Below are positions 24,594 through 40,024 of a stretch of 64,000 bases of DNA, piece after piece. The translations under genes were made by a program, and so were the position numbers. Under the pieces are notes generated by a model. That model was not told the origin of the DNA. It ran no database searches and saw nothing but the letters and a program-made list of their open reading frames with translations. The stretch's first letter is position 1; every line of letters begins with the position of its first letter. The stretch is from Chrysomallon squamiferum (taxonomy: Eukaryota > Animalia > Mollusca): positions 14,818,001-14,882,000 of the forward strand of contig CM022667.1 in the NCBI GenBank assembly GCA_012295275.1, written 5' to 3'.

Positions 24594-25947
24594 TTATTTT
24601 TTTTTCTCTGTATAACTGCTTAATAAAACCGTAAAAGTACTTTTGAAAATACAGTTTATTCATGCAATATTGTTACATATATGTATATTAATATATAGCA
24701 TCACTCAACCACTTGGTTTTGCTTAACAAAGAACAGTATTATATCAGAGTTTAATATTTCAGTTATAACATTATTATCTCATCGGTTCTGTTCGATGGTT
24801 GCTCAATCTAGCTATCAATATATTAATCTGAAACTACTATTTTTTTATATTTATTTAGAAATATTTACTATTACTAGTGGCAGTAGTGGTAGTAGTAGTA
24901 GTCGTAGTAGTGGTGGTAGTAGTAGTATTAATTGTAGCAGTAGTACTATTAGGAATAGTGGTGGTAGTAGTAATATTTTGTAGTAGTGGTAGTAGTTGTA
25001 ATGGATGCAGCAATATTAGCAATCGCAGTAGTAATAGTACTAGTAGTAGTTGTAATAGAAGTAATACTAGCAGTATTAATAGTAGTGGAAGTAGCAGTCA
25101 TTGTCGTCGAATTAGTGATTGTTCTAATAATGGTCAACTATAATGTTAATAGTAGTTTCACTAATACTATCTTCACTACAGCAACAAAAACAAGTACTAC
25201 TACTATTACAACTACAACTATTGCTACTACTACTATAACTATTATTACTACTACTACAGTTACTACTACCACTACTACACAATTCAACATAACTTAGAGC
25301 CCTATTTGCTCTTTTTTTTCAGTTTCTTTTTTTTTATGTTTTTAAAATTACGATTTTTTGTCGGATAATAACAATAAAAAAAAAACCTGGGAGCGTACGT
25401 CAAGATAAATAATGACAACTAAAGAATGGAAAGCAGTATCATGTAACGAAAAGGCGGGGAAAATAGCCTCGTTATGAGTTGCCCAAGATGCAACCAAACG
25501 ATAAATATCACAGTTGTAAGCCATTATCGTACATTTTAACTTTCCATGAGCGTTGGGGGAAGACACTTACACGCAAACAAAAACACAGTCAAAAAGACGT
25601 AAAGAAAGAAAGGAGACGAAGAACACGAAGAAGAAGAAGAAAAGAAGAAGAAGAAGTTGATGATGATGATGATAATGATGAAGATGATGATAATGATAAT
25701 GAATAATCAAAAAGTTTTATCTTGTTCTTTCATATTATATTACATTTTTTTTTTTTTTTTATTATTATTATTTGTTGTTAGTGTTTTGTTTTGCTAATTA
25801 TACACTTCTGGACTTCTGGTGTACATAACATGTGCGTGCAAAATTAACTAACTTGGTTAATCTGTTTCTGTTGAGAGAAAAAAAACAACGTATAGACTTA
25901 GTGTGTCGCGCATCATTGTTGAAATTAGTTTGAGCAGTACTGAAACC

Positions 25948-26029
<82 letters not shown>

Positions 26030-26423
26030 TTATCTTACTCGTTTGTTCCCAATGCTATTACTGCCTCTTGTATGACATTTGAGTACTGATGGCTGCAGGT
26101 CAAGGTCAGACTATTTAAAGATGATTCCAGATTTCAGAACTAGCTGACTTTGATTGGAGACATATGTGCATTTTAATGCGCATGTGCAAAACTGTCTGAC
26201 AGTTCAGCATGTTTGTAAATGTTTTCTTTTTCATCTTCGTGTTTTTCTGCTTCTTGTTTTTACCAATATTTTGTTTCTCTTTTGCTTACTCGTTGGTTTC
26301 CAATTTTTGGTATTTACCAGTATATGAAATATAAATAAATATGTAAATAAATAAATAAATACACAAATAAATAAAATGAAAATAATCTAGAGAAACAAAA
26401 TAATAATAACATTTTTTTAAAAA

Positions 26424-26461
<38 letters not shown>

Positions 26462-26667
26462 TAGTAAATAAATAAAGAAAAGATAAGGAAATTAAACTTA
26501 ATGTACTTGAAGTTGGACTCTAGACAAACATCTTAGAACCACAGTTAGATACAGACATGCAATGCAGCACTGAATAAAATTTAATTTTGCAATATAATTA
26601 TGCAGTTTGACTTGTAACGTCACCCTTTTATTGTTTTTATTTTAATTTTAATTAATATTATTATCAT

Positions 26668-26784
<117 letters not shown>

Positions 26785-27398
26785 ACGGTAACCTTGGTAA
26801 TTAGGACGTAGGCACGGAGATCCTCTAATTGACATGATGATATCCTCACCTGTTTATGAAGCAGGGGAGGGGCACGTCTACTCAAGCTGACTCATGCAAT
26901 TCATCGTCTGCTTTAACTATCGTCTGCTGAAACTATCGCCTGCTCATCACTCGGCCAAACGGTTTTTCGCACAGTGACGTTTCGTGTTACTCACAGTGTG
27001 CTGAGTCGAGAGTTAAAGCAAGAATGAAAAAGGAAAATAATTATAAGAGAGAAGCGGAGATAGAAATGGGGACAAGAATGAAAATGCATTTCAGAAGATG
27101 GCCTGCATCAATTTCCCAGATTTCTCGCGTTCCTTTTTTTTTTTTTTTTTTATCTAGTAATATCTAGTGAAAAATACTGGCTAGAACTTTGTAACTGATG
27201 TTTTAGATACCACCGGAGTTAGCAGACAACATAACTTTCGACGACATTAGCCTGTTTTCCGTACAATTTCGGTCTATTTCGTACCACTTCGTATTGTTTC
27301 GTATAACAGCGAGTTCTTTCGTTTCATTGCGTAACAGATCGTATTATTTCGTTTTTCTTCATTATATAACGTCCATAAAATAATAACAATAATATTAA

Positions 27399-27459
<61 letters not shown>

Positions 27460-27663
27460 CAATTTATTTATTTTACATTATTTTTATTTTTTGGAGTATG
27501 CATTTCCTCAGATTTATTTAATGTCACTAGTTGTATTAATTTTATTAATAAATAAATAAATTATTAATAAATATGTTATAAATAGTATTTATATTAATTC
27601 TATTTACAAATGTTACTTAATATTGTGATTTATTTAGTAATTATTAATTATTATTTATTTATT

Positions 27664-27701
<38 letters not shown>

Positions 27702-27711
27702 CAGTAGAAGT

Positions 27712-27762
<51 letters not shown>

Positions 27763-28047
27763 TAGTAGTAGTAGTAGTAGTAGTAGTGCTCATGCTGACG
27801 CCAATAATGATGATCCTGCTGCTTTAAAGTTTTGCACACAGTGATTACTTAATAACAGAAAAAAAACCACTTTTCATCTCTGTTTCTTTCTTTAATAAGC
27901 ACGCCAGGCGTGTTACTGAATGAGCCTTAACGTCGATTAATAGCGACAAGTGACCTTGAACCTGTGCCAGAGCTCGCGCAGTTACTACAAACGCTACTAC
28001 AACTCACTACAGCTTGGCACGGTTACAAACACATCTTGTCTCACCTT

Positions 28048-28149
28048 CACCTGCCCAGGTGTGTAACGGTGAGAGAAGACTGAGTGAGGCAGCCTGGCAG
28101 AATGGAGGATTCTTACAGGTGTTTGCCGTCCTAGCGTATTACACAGGTG
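28048..28149. promoter_or_regulatory. CAGGTG E-box cluster, candidate neural enhancer or silencer
   Basis: Four CAGGTG/CACCTG sites at 28048, 28056, 28116 and 28144 within a unique island between microsatellite tracts. Confidence 0.45.
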
Positions 28150-28345
28150 TGTAGAGAACGGGGAAAAAAATGAAAGAAAGAAAGAAAGAAGGAAAAGAAA
28201 GAAAGAAAGAAAGAAAAAGAAAAAATTAAAATAAATAAAAACAATAATAATAAATAAATATATAAATAAAATTGTAATATAATAATAATTATGTCGTCAG
28301 TAATAATAATAATGATAATAATATAATAATAATAATAATAACAAC

Positions 28346-28381
<36 letters not shown>

Positions 28382-28461
28382 CAGTATTATCATCTTCAAA
28401 ATCAGTGTTATTATCGTTACAGTTATTGTTAGTATTAGTACTACTACTAGTAGTGGCAGAA

Positions 28462-28563
<102 letters not shown>

Positions 28564-29230
28564 GCTTGTTGTTGTTGTTATGTCCTCCTATGCAATAAAA
28601 CTCCTTTTAACACGAAACACACACAAAAATAAATAAATAAATAAAATTTAAAATAAAAATAAAAAGAAGAAAACAAAACAAAACAAAAAAAGAAAAATAC
28701 AAGAGGAAAGAGAAGCTGATATCATTTCTCCAAAAGTGGTTATTTTTGTTTCTTTGCTTTTTCTTTCTTTCTTTGTTTTTTTCTTTTCTTTCTTTCTTTC
28801 TTTCTTTCTTCTTCTTGATCTTTGTCATCATCATAACCATCATCAATCACCCCACCCCCATCAATATCACCCTCATCAACAGCAATATTCAGAAAGATCT
28901 TTCACTGCTCGCTTTCTCAGTTCGTAATTTTCAAATGCACTCCTTTTTTCGAGCACTCAGTGTTTACCATCTTTGGCCAGTGCCACCTGTCTTATTCCTA
29001 GCAACCTGTAAACTGTTTCTTCAACTCACACATCCTTTGTTCCTCTGTCCAGAACCACCGAGGCCCGAACCCGATCTGGCAAGATACACAAACAGACGCC
29101 GCACGTGCGATACAAGTTTCGGGATGTTTCGGGAACAGCTGGTTCTTCTCGGTAGTCACTGGTGACATCCTTTTAAAAACAAACATGGCCGCGATTCTTC
29201 CGGTACTCGCTGTTTGTTGTTTCTCTATCC

Positions 29231-29267
<37 letters not shown>

Positions 29268-29544
29268 AAAGTCTTTCCAGAGTGACTTGAAGTGTTTGAT
29301 TTATGTCTTTTTTTCCAGAGATCGACATTATTTGGTGTTTGTGGGTCAGTTGCATGTGTATCCGGTGTGTGTTTGTCTTTTGTTTGCCAGAAGTGTTTGA
29401 AAAACGTGATTAACATTCCTATTGCTTTATATTTGCAGACACGAGTGGTAATGTAGTTTTAGTGCGTGCTTTAGAATGAAAAGGCAAAAAAAAAAGGTGA
29501 AGAAGGAAAGAAAAGAAAAGAAACACGGAGAGAGAGAGAGATAG

Positions 29545-29625
<81 letters not shown>

Positions 29626-30428
29626 TTTTCCTGTATTATTATTATTATTATTATTATTGCACTGTTGATGTTGTTAATGACGTTTATGTATAACACTTTA
29701 TTCATTAGGACATATTAAATCTTTCTGTTTTAACTCATAGATAAAAAAAAATCTATATTTATAAATTAAAAATAATGTAGGTGAATAATAATGCAATTTG
29801 TGTCTGCTAATTTTTTTTTTTTTGTTGTTTTATATATGTATGTACAAATATATATATATATATATATATATAGATAGATATATATATATCCTAAAATTAA
29901 ACATTCTATATTACTCATTTTTTTCTTTCTTTTTATTATTATTATTATTTTTTTTTTTTTTTTTCTTTTTTTAAAAAACAACAAAAAAACCAACATTTTC
30001 TACATATTTTTATTTTCTCCTCGGATAAAAACTAACACTGTTCTTATCACTGATTCTTTCACTCTTTAGATAACGCATCTTCGACGCCTTCTTTATTTAT
30101 TTAATCTAAACCGAAGCACCTGATTTATATACTATTAAATTACAATCGACAATTCCTTTCTGCCCAAGCGATACCACGTGATTTACTGTCATCCAATGAG
30201 ATTCTGCTTCTCGGTATCTTATCATTTAATTGCGGCTGTAATTTGTTTGCTGGCAACCCATCTATCAAACGCAAAACCAGAAAGGCGTGACCGCACGCGA
30301 ATTCGTACCGTCATTCTTCAAACTCCCCGAAGCGTGACACATCACTGATAATTTCACACCCATGATAAAATACGTATATGTGTGTAATGTATATAAATTA
30401 AATATAATAATATATGTTTGTATGTATC

Positions 30429-30482
<54 letters not shown>

Positions 30483-31351
30483 TCTAAGTACTGGTATGTA
30501 TGTATATAATATGTATATATGTGTAGGTATACTTATGTATGTATGAATGCATATGTATATGTAAGTGTATGTGTGTTTATGTATGGTAGGTATGTACGTA
30601 TGTGAGAAAGGCATTGACAAACAGCACGTAAGTCACAGAGACAGAGATAAACAGACAGACAGACAGACAGACAAAGGAAAGAGAGAGAAAGGGAAAATTA
30701 CAGAAAGACACAAACAGACACACGCAGACAAGCGCACGGGAAATGGCACACACAAAAAGAGCAACAAAAACAAAAAGAGGATCAGTTCACTGGTGACTAC
30801 TGCTGTGTACTTTGTTTAAGATTTCTGATACAATATCGTAGACATAATGTTTATTGATTCATATTACGGTCGAAATACGTGTACAGGTTATCTCCTATTA
30901 CAAATTCGGTATCTCAATATGCGAAGCATCCCAGTTATTAACTATATGATCCCCCCCAAAATAGGAATCTGAATACTAAATATTCTAAAACCATGAATCA
31001 CAGGTTTCTTCTCGTGTGATTCAGATATTGGGATAGGAATCGAAGAAACTTTTGGCAGGATCTGATATCGGAACACGAACACCTGAAACGTGATGTTTGT
31101 TAAAGTGCCCAAAATGTGACTAATTCTGTAACACATTTGGGTTTTCCTGGTGAAGTAAACTGTTTGAAAACGCTACCTGGACGTCTACCTAGTCTCACTT
31201 TACGCAGGTGGTGTTTCTATTTGTGTGCAGGTATTTGCGAGATTTTTGTCAATCGTTGTGCTCTGTTTATTCAGCTTGTTTCAGTACTTGGATCTGAAAA
31301 CAAAAACCGGTAACTGCGTTCTTTATGTTGAATCATCATAACCGAACCCAC

Positions 31352-31451
<100 letters not shown>

Positions 31452-34221
31452 ATCTTTCAGATTATCCATCTATCCATCCATATCTATATATTCCTCTGTC
31501 TTTTTCACTGTCCATATTTCTATTCTATCAATTTCTGGTTGCTGTGAATGATATTTTTAATACTGTTTCCCATTTATATACACAATACTGATATTTATAG
31601 TAGCTTTCTGTACGATAAATTAGGTCTAAGCAAAAGGAAGACAGAACCTGAAAAAAAATAAAAAAAGCAGTTTAATACGTAACTCCAGGCCATGCCACTT
31701 AATGATACATTGCTATATATATAATATACATTATTCCGCACCATAAATTATCTCATCGTTAGGCCGTATTATGTCATGGTACATGATTTCAGCACCAAAG
31801 CATCTTCAATAGATTAATACTTAAAATTCTTTTACAAAACATAACACACCTTCATATTAACGATTATTAAGTGACCTTTTTCCTTATATATACTGATGAC
31901 GATATATCACTGTCTGACTTTTAAAATACCATTTCACTTAACATGTTCATTATATAATATTTCACACTTTGGCTGGACTTTCACTGTTTAATTTCTTATC
32001 GTTTTGTTGTTCTTTCATTCTCTCCTCCCTTCTTTGTTTTCCTATCCTTTAATATTTATTTTCCATTACTTGGATGTTCTTTTCGGTTAAACGGATTTGA
32101 TCATTAACGGTATCAGTTAATTAGTTCCATTTAGGCTTATTCTTATCCTTTCACTCTTCCGATCTTACTAATTATTTCCTTCATTACTTATTTCTGAATC
32201 GAGCTAGCATCGTTCCCAGAACTTTCCAGTCTTCATATACAAATGACGTGACAAGCTGTTTTGAATTCGGTTACGTGCTTCCTTCATTCTCTGTCTTGCA
32301 TTACAAAGAAAACGACCAGAAGCAACAAAACATCATTAAATAAAAATAGCTCGAAATTAAAAGCAACAGAGTTAGAGAATTTAAGAAGAAACAAAAAAAA
32401 AAAAAGAAAAGGAGAAAAATCAAGGTAGTGGAGATTTGTATCATGGGTACAACAGAGTAATAATTCTTCAAAAAATAATTCAGAAGAAAGAAAAAAGAAA
32501 AAAAAAAAAAAATAAGAGAAACTAAAGTTAGTCGAATTTCCTATCATGAGTGTGTTATTACTCAAGTGTTGACTATTAATGACAGGGCAAATTTATGAAA
32601 ATACAGCTCATGTTTAGATAACCAGACTCTACCATTGAGACGCGAGAACGTAAACTGCCAGGCTGACGTCCTGACAAGGTGATGTATTTTCTGTAGCAGA
32701 CAGAGCAGCGCTGACACAGATTCCAGTGATGCCCAACAATTCCTGCTGCCTGCCATTTTCCCAGCATCTGCTTCTTCAGCTATGTAACCCGGTTATGTAT
32801 TGTCAGTGATATTTGAACACTGGTGGTCCTGGGAGTATATTTGCCTGTGTAAGTGCGTATGTGTGTGTATGTGCGTGTGATTCTTTATTTTATTTTATTT
32901 TATTTTTTTTCGAGAGAGATGTCTAGAAATTATCAATAGCTAAAAGAAGATAACAAAGATAAATGAAAAAATCACTCAAATTGCGAGATGAAAAACAAAA
33001 AGTCGATTAAGAAATCCTAAATTTTATTCACTCGATAAATAATACAGCGCACACTCAGCATTTCTACAATAAAACACATAAAAAAGACCACATTAAAAAA
33101 GTATAAAAGGTAAAAAATAAAAATTCAGTAATAGGCTTTGTACTGGAATCGGAATTTTGGCTTGGTCATCGTGATCCTTCGTAAGTCACTTTATAATTAT
33201 TCGAATGTAAATGTCACATAATTATAATTATTACAAACGTTTACATTTTACATGATTTATGAATGATTATTAATTAAGAACACCGACTTCAGAAAGTTAA
33301 TTATGAATTAGTGGTTTGGAAAATAATAACATGATGAGAATTATGGAGAAACAGAACAGTTGATTGGGTGAAACATTATCTGACGTAGTTGCATTAGTTA
33401 GCCAATGAAAAAAATCATTATATAGTTCGAGTTTGAACAGAACTGTGACAATAGCCCCGCCTAGCATTCCTGTATGGCCAATGAATAAAGTTTATTTTTA
33501 GTAGATAATTCGATGATTTAACGTTTTCCCAAATTATTTTCTAAACTTTTTATTAAGTATTTAAATTCTTTTATTTTTAGCATTAATTTGTTAGATGTGA
33601 AATATACGGTGGCCGATTTAGGAACAATTAATAGTGATGTGACATTTATTTAATAATAAAAATAATGATGATAAAATCATAATGGTCATTGCTGTTTCTT
33701 ATGGACATTAACAATTTTAGTTCTTCATCATATTAATTTCATTTCATTCAGCCAACCCCTCCCTAAATCCGCCACGTAATCATTTACTATACAAAATGAT
33801 GGAATAATAATAATTAAAAAAAACACCCGTAAGAAAGGAATGTCGGGGGAAAAAAATCATTTTGATGGTGATTTTTATTTTAAGGCAGATTTGCACAGTT
33901 CTATTACTGTTATTTAATTTAAAAGTTTCATTAGGTATCATGTTAGTTTAAACAGATTTTCAGAATAAGTATTCTTGTCAGTTACTAAAATGTTTAAAAA
34001 AAAAAAAAAAATGTACCTAAGGAAATATATTATTTTTTGTATATTTGCAAACAGGTTTTACTAAAAGTTAAAACAGGAATTTTGGCGCCATAAATTCGTG
34101 AAAGCATTTTCATGTTATATTTTGCTTTCTTCTGTTATTATTTTATCATCCCCACTCAAAAGAGAATTTTCTTTTTAGAAATAAATGTGCTCAAAATCTA
34201 AAAATTTAATGGTGAAAATAG

Positions 34222-34260
<39 letters not shown>

Positions 34261-34405
34261 TATATTATTATTATTAGCATTATGCAGATATCATCAGATA
34301 CAGTTCCCAAATGATTTAAATACTTAGGGCCAAAGTTTCATTCATATGACCTTGTTAAAAAATCAGGTATATTTGCCCGAAGAATGAAAATACTACTAAT
34401 AATTT

Positions 34406-34445
<40 letters not shown>

Positions 34446-35170
34446 GTTAAAATAAGAACACTATAGAACTCTAAACACTATAATAAAACAAAGCAAATGC
34501 ACCAATTCGCCTTAATTAAATGTAGTAATTATAAATTAATACACAGAAAATAAATAGAATTATAAATTAATATTTAAACAGAGAAAATGCAGTATGTGCT
34601 TTTCGCAGCAATAAGTTATATATTTACAATTTGATAGAAACTGAATATGGTATTACTAATCTGCATGATAAATAAATGAATCAATAAATAAATAATTAAA
34701 TTAAACAGAATAAATAAATACTATAATTTAGTTCATAAATAATGAAAAGCTGTCAATAAATGTACAATTAGATGATAAATAAAATTAATTTAAAAAATAA
34801 TAACATTACTACAAATTATACACATAAATTGCTAATTACTATGTTTCATCGTAACATATTTATCAGCATAAATGCTTTATACAAAACAAAAAAATTATTT
34901 TAAAACAAAATTTCTTGCTATCAAAATAGTTTCTCGAAATCTAATATTATTACATGAAACATATATTTCTTAATAAAATAAATTTCGTTTTCAAATACTG
35001 AGTATTAAAAATATAATAAAATAAAATAAATTTACAGTATCAATTGTTTCAAGTTAAGGCACAACTGTTAATGTGAATTAATATCGATTTTTTTGTAATA
35101 AATAAGTCAGTATAACAACAATAATTTATGCATAAATATATAAAAAAATAAGAATATTAATTAATTCAAA

Positions 35171-35209
<39 letters not shown>

Positions 35210-37106
35210 ATACTTATATTTATCTACATTAAATTAATAAATATTTTGCATATAGAATGTAAATGTTTATCAATAAATATTATTGCAAAACATTCAGACC
35301 GTAATATTAAATGACAGTATAAAATGTTTTGTTAAAGTTTTAATAAATATATATAAATACATATAGTTACAAAAATCCATACTGAAAATAAGTCGGAATA
35401 AATTAACTTTACGAATAAAACCCTGGATACGTTTTCATTTCAGTGGCATTGCAAGTCCTTTGAATAATTTAGTAATAACTTAGAAATAAATTATAATAAA
35501 TTAAAATCGACAAACATTCGATATGAACAAATAAATTTTACACAAGATACATGCACAGTAAATTGAACAAAACAATAATAAAAACAAAAACAAAGAAAAC
35601 AAACACTACAACGTTACTAATACGCTATAATACAAAATAATTACACGCCGGATAAAATCGGAACTTTTCCGATTACTTCCGAAGAATCTATTTCGGTACT
35701 CGCCCAGAATATTTGTACGTTAACAATATGGCTGCCACTTTTGGTTATTCGAAAAAAGGGGCGAAATTATTGCAATATCAGTTGCTTTTCATAGTAGCCT
35801 AAATAATAGAGAAAGAAATCATATTTTCGTTTATAACTTTTTATTTTATTTCATTATAATTATTATTTTTATTATTATTTATTTTTTTTATTTTTTTTTT
35901 TAATTTTTAATTTTTTTTACGACAATTAATTAATATTTGAAATTGTGACTATTTTATATACGTTCTGACTTCTTTAATATATACATACACATACACATAT
36001 ATATGAATAAAATTTAATTTTCTTTAATAATAATAATAATAATAACAATAGTACAACTCTACCCCTGTTGTTCTGATGTTTGAGCTCCTCATGTTAGCTA
36101 CAGCCATATTGAACGTACTTTAAGCCCAATCTTACTATAAGGATTATTTTAAAATGGCTCTGACTCTCTTTCTTAAAAGAAAAGCACAGTTGACGATCCA
36201 TTATCCGAAACATTTTCCGAGCTGCAGAAATAGTAATATCTTACAATTTTCGGATTGTTTTGCATTACCCAAACTTTATTTTTGGCACAAAGTTATTGAA
36301 AATATGATGAAAAAAAAAATAATAATAAAATAAAATAAAAATATTAAAAAAAAAAAAAGAAGATATTTCAAGGGACTTCATATTTAGGTTCTCTTTTCCT
36401 TATTTTCCAAATTCCGTACAGTTACAAAATTCCAACACTTCCGGTCCCAAGACCGTCGGATTAAGGATTCCCAACCTGTAATCATTTGTTCGATATAAAA
36501 GCTGTACCAAGATAGTAACGTCCCAGTTTTAAATCGACCCTACAACAAGACTCCACATAAATATAATACAAAATATTCAATACATACAAGCTAAAACCAA
36601 CACATTTCAATGTCACGAAAGGCAAACACTTATTAAAATACACTACAAAACAACAACTCATAGATAACACATCAAAACATTACTGTTATTATGTTTGTTT
36701 TTTTAGCCGCACTCTCTTTCCAAATACAAAAGTTATACTTCGTTTATTTATCAAAAATAAAAAATTAAACTGTAGGAATATAGGGAGTTTGACTCATCAT
36801 CTTCAAGCGCAAGTCAGGAAGGAATGCACAGATTAAAGCAAAGGATCATGGGACACTGTAAATCAGTTTCTCTCTTTGCATATCAAGGCTAGTCTATAAT
36901 TAACAGGATGAAAAAATACAGAAGTATGGATATGTTGTATGTATTTACGTATATAGGTATATTTGTATATCTGTATGTTTATATTTATGCATGCATATAT
37001 ATATGTATGTATGTATCTATCGATAGATAGACAGATAGATAGATAAACATACAGACAGACAGATATTCAGATTGACAGAGTGACTGATCGTCTAATAGAT
37101 ACCACG

Positions 37107-37301
37107 AACAAACTGGATCATAGAATATTTTCATGTATGAAATGACGATATTAACTTAACTGACATGAATAATTAGATGATTTCGCGTACCAAAAATTAT
37201 TGGCGGTCGTGAGTTTTACGTCGATATGACGTCATACTATTAACACTGATATTTGTGAACAAAAGAATGTGAATAAAATATTCTATGATCCCTGGTTTGT
37301 T
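37107..37301. mobile_element. MITE-like inverted-repeat element
   Basis: Arms AACAAACTGGATCATAGAATATTTT (37107-37131) and AAAATATTCTATGATCCCTGGTTTGTT (37275-37301) share a perfect 17-bp core. No TSD identified. Confidence 0.55.
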
Positions 37302-37446
37302 TATCTCACGCGCACGCGCACACACACAGAATTATAAACCAATGGTCACAATTACATCATCGAAAAATTAATAAAGCTAAGAAATTTGACCAGTTTTAAA
37401 AATTATATATTATAATGAATGACCTTAATTAACAAGAAAGTAAATG

Positions 37447-37486
<40 letters not shown>

Positions 37487-37619
37487 AACATAATGAATAA
37501 TGCGCACCAATTTGTTCATATATGAATAAATGAATAGAGTAAAAATGTATAAAATAAATAAACCAAAGAGAGAAACTGATATTGATATATATATATATAT
37601 ATAGATATATATATATATA

Positions 37620-37633
37620 GTTACCATGGTGAC
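37620..37633. promoter_or_regulatory. RFX X-box-like motif
   Basis: GTTACCATGGTGAC, one mismatch from the palindromic consensus. Confidence 0.3.
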
Positions 37634-38504
37634 GGATTCACCGGAAATCATGCTTTCAAGAATGAACACTCTGATAAGAGGAATGTATATTCTACAAAGC
37701 TAGCGGCTGCAGAGTTTTGATCCGATGACGTGAGAGTTGAAATCTGAATGAGAAATTTGAAATGAAGATGAATTACAAGAACATATTTTTTTTAGCGTCC
37801 TCTGGACGGTACGTACGTACGTATATATTAGTTGTCAGGGACAACTGTACAAAATGTCGTGTAATGATGAACTGAAGACCTGTGTGCAAAATAGTCCTTA
37901 AAACACGTATTAAAAACTTAAATCTAAAGTTCTGAAACATTGGAAATGAACATTGTTATTCGCTGGTTGAAACGTACGAGTTTACTAGGACAAAATCTCT
38001 TTGATCCTTCCTTCCCTTAAGATGTTAGAAGGTGCAGGCTCTTTTCAGTAATTACTAAGACAACTTTATCGTCTGAAATTCATAAATGCCTAATACTGTT
38101 ACAGAAAAACAAACCCAAGATCTTGCAGTTTGGAACAGACATATAAGACTTTAAAACTATGGTTAATAACGTATTGTAGATGACATTTTTTTTACTTCTT
38201 TGTTTAATGTTGTTGTTATTATTATACAAAAAACATATATATAAGGTAGGTACGTCTTGCGCACAGGTCTTCATTAACGAAAACTAAAACAATGTTCGTT
38301 GTATACGTGTAAGTAGACAGATGACATAAATATCTAGGTGAAACACAAACTTATAAATAACGGTATTTTACAAATTTAAATAAATAGCTATGTACACAAA
38401 GAAAAATGGCTACTTCAATACTGATGGTTTATCATCAAGTTCCAAACAGTTTACTTCAGTGCGAAAGTAGACCGTAGACTAGGTCAAACTTTAATAATAA
38501 TAAC

Positions 38505-38564
<60 letters not shown>

Positions 38565-39742
38565 TGATTAATTGATAAATAAATAAATATTGGGAAGTAA
38601 TGTATATAATTTCGTAATTAAATGTTTGTATATCATTAAACATAACTATAGCTATATATATAGCTAATAAATAAATAAATAATAAATAAATATAGCCATG
38701 GTTCTGTTTGTCAATTCCTATTTCTGCTTTGTTATTTCACTTTTGCCATTTGTTTTTCTACTTATATTAAATACTTTGCACACACAGTGTTCCATGTAAT
38801 AAATAACGACTGCAAAAAACACACCAAAATAGATACACAAAAAAGCACTTTGGGGCAAACAAACAGGGCAACAAAATGACATTTTAAAATGACCAATGAA
38901 TTCGTGAAAATTTCCCGTCTCAATCCTCGGACTGACGTGTCGAACGTGTTGATACGTAGTGAATGCAGTTTGTGACGTAATATCCATGATGACGTCATAG
39001 ATGATATGTTAGGTGATTATTCTGTTACGTACTTCGGGTTTCACCCATTGGAAATGTTTTTTTTTTTCTTTTTTACTGATGACGACTGAATACGAATATG
39101 TTGTCATGATTTATGGAAATGTTTTTGATACAGTATTTATTATTTTCTTTGTACATAATTTAGTATTAAACAAATTAATTGCAAGGGCCATGATGATTTT
39201 TTTTTTTTTTTTTTGATAGATGTTTCAGAATATTATATATAAAAAAAAAAAAAAAAAAAAAAAAAATAATAATAAAATTAATAATTTAAAAATGGAAGAA
39301 AAATATCAGGTTGGTTAGTTAACCTTGTCAGTTACGTAACAAAACGTTTACATAATGCATTATCTATTTATGACGTATCAAAGGTTATTGTGACGTGTCA
39401 ACAATTGCTTGTATCTAATGTGGCTTCACATATAGATGAAATAATGACTGTACTATTATTGACATATCGACGGAAAAAATGTGTTTTTTTTTTCTACAAA
39501 ATACAAATCATATAAAAATATTTTTAATTTCTCTTTGAGAAATGAGTTTTTGTTCTATTTTCTGATGTCTTGGACGGCAAATGAAAATTTAAAAATCAAT
39601 GACGACACAATAATTTTGTTTGGTCGCTTGGTCCTCGAAATAAAAATTTTTGAAAAACCAGTTCTGGCTGGGCCCGTGTTTATAAAACGTGCATTTAGAA
39701 ATCTTTTTTTTTTTTTTTTACATAAATAAATAAATAAACAAA

Positions 39743-39793
<51 letters not shown>

Positions 39794-40024
39794 AAATGAG
39801 TCTCTGGATTCAAGGCTTCTAACAAAAGGGTGGTACACGCTAGGCTCCAACATTAACGTCTAGTTTAACGGCAAGGGAAATTTTAAGGCGTTGCTCTAGG
39901 TCGAGTTACTACATTTAGCATTTCATACGCTTATCAATACGGGCCCTGGCATTCTGGAATTTTTTTTTTTTTTTTTTTTTGATTTTTTAAAATCTTCTTC
40001 TTTTACTGTTTCTCCCGTCACCGT

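Noticed and set aside
28746-29190. ORFs of 139 aa (+) and 62 aa (-) over a unique island
   Set aside because: No domain similarity or coherent splice structure; more likely a non-coding element.
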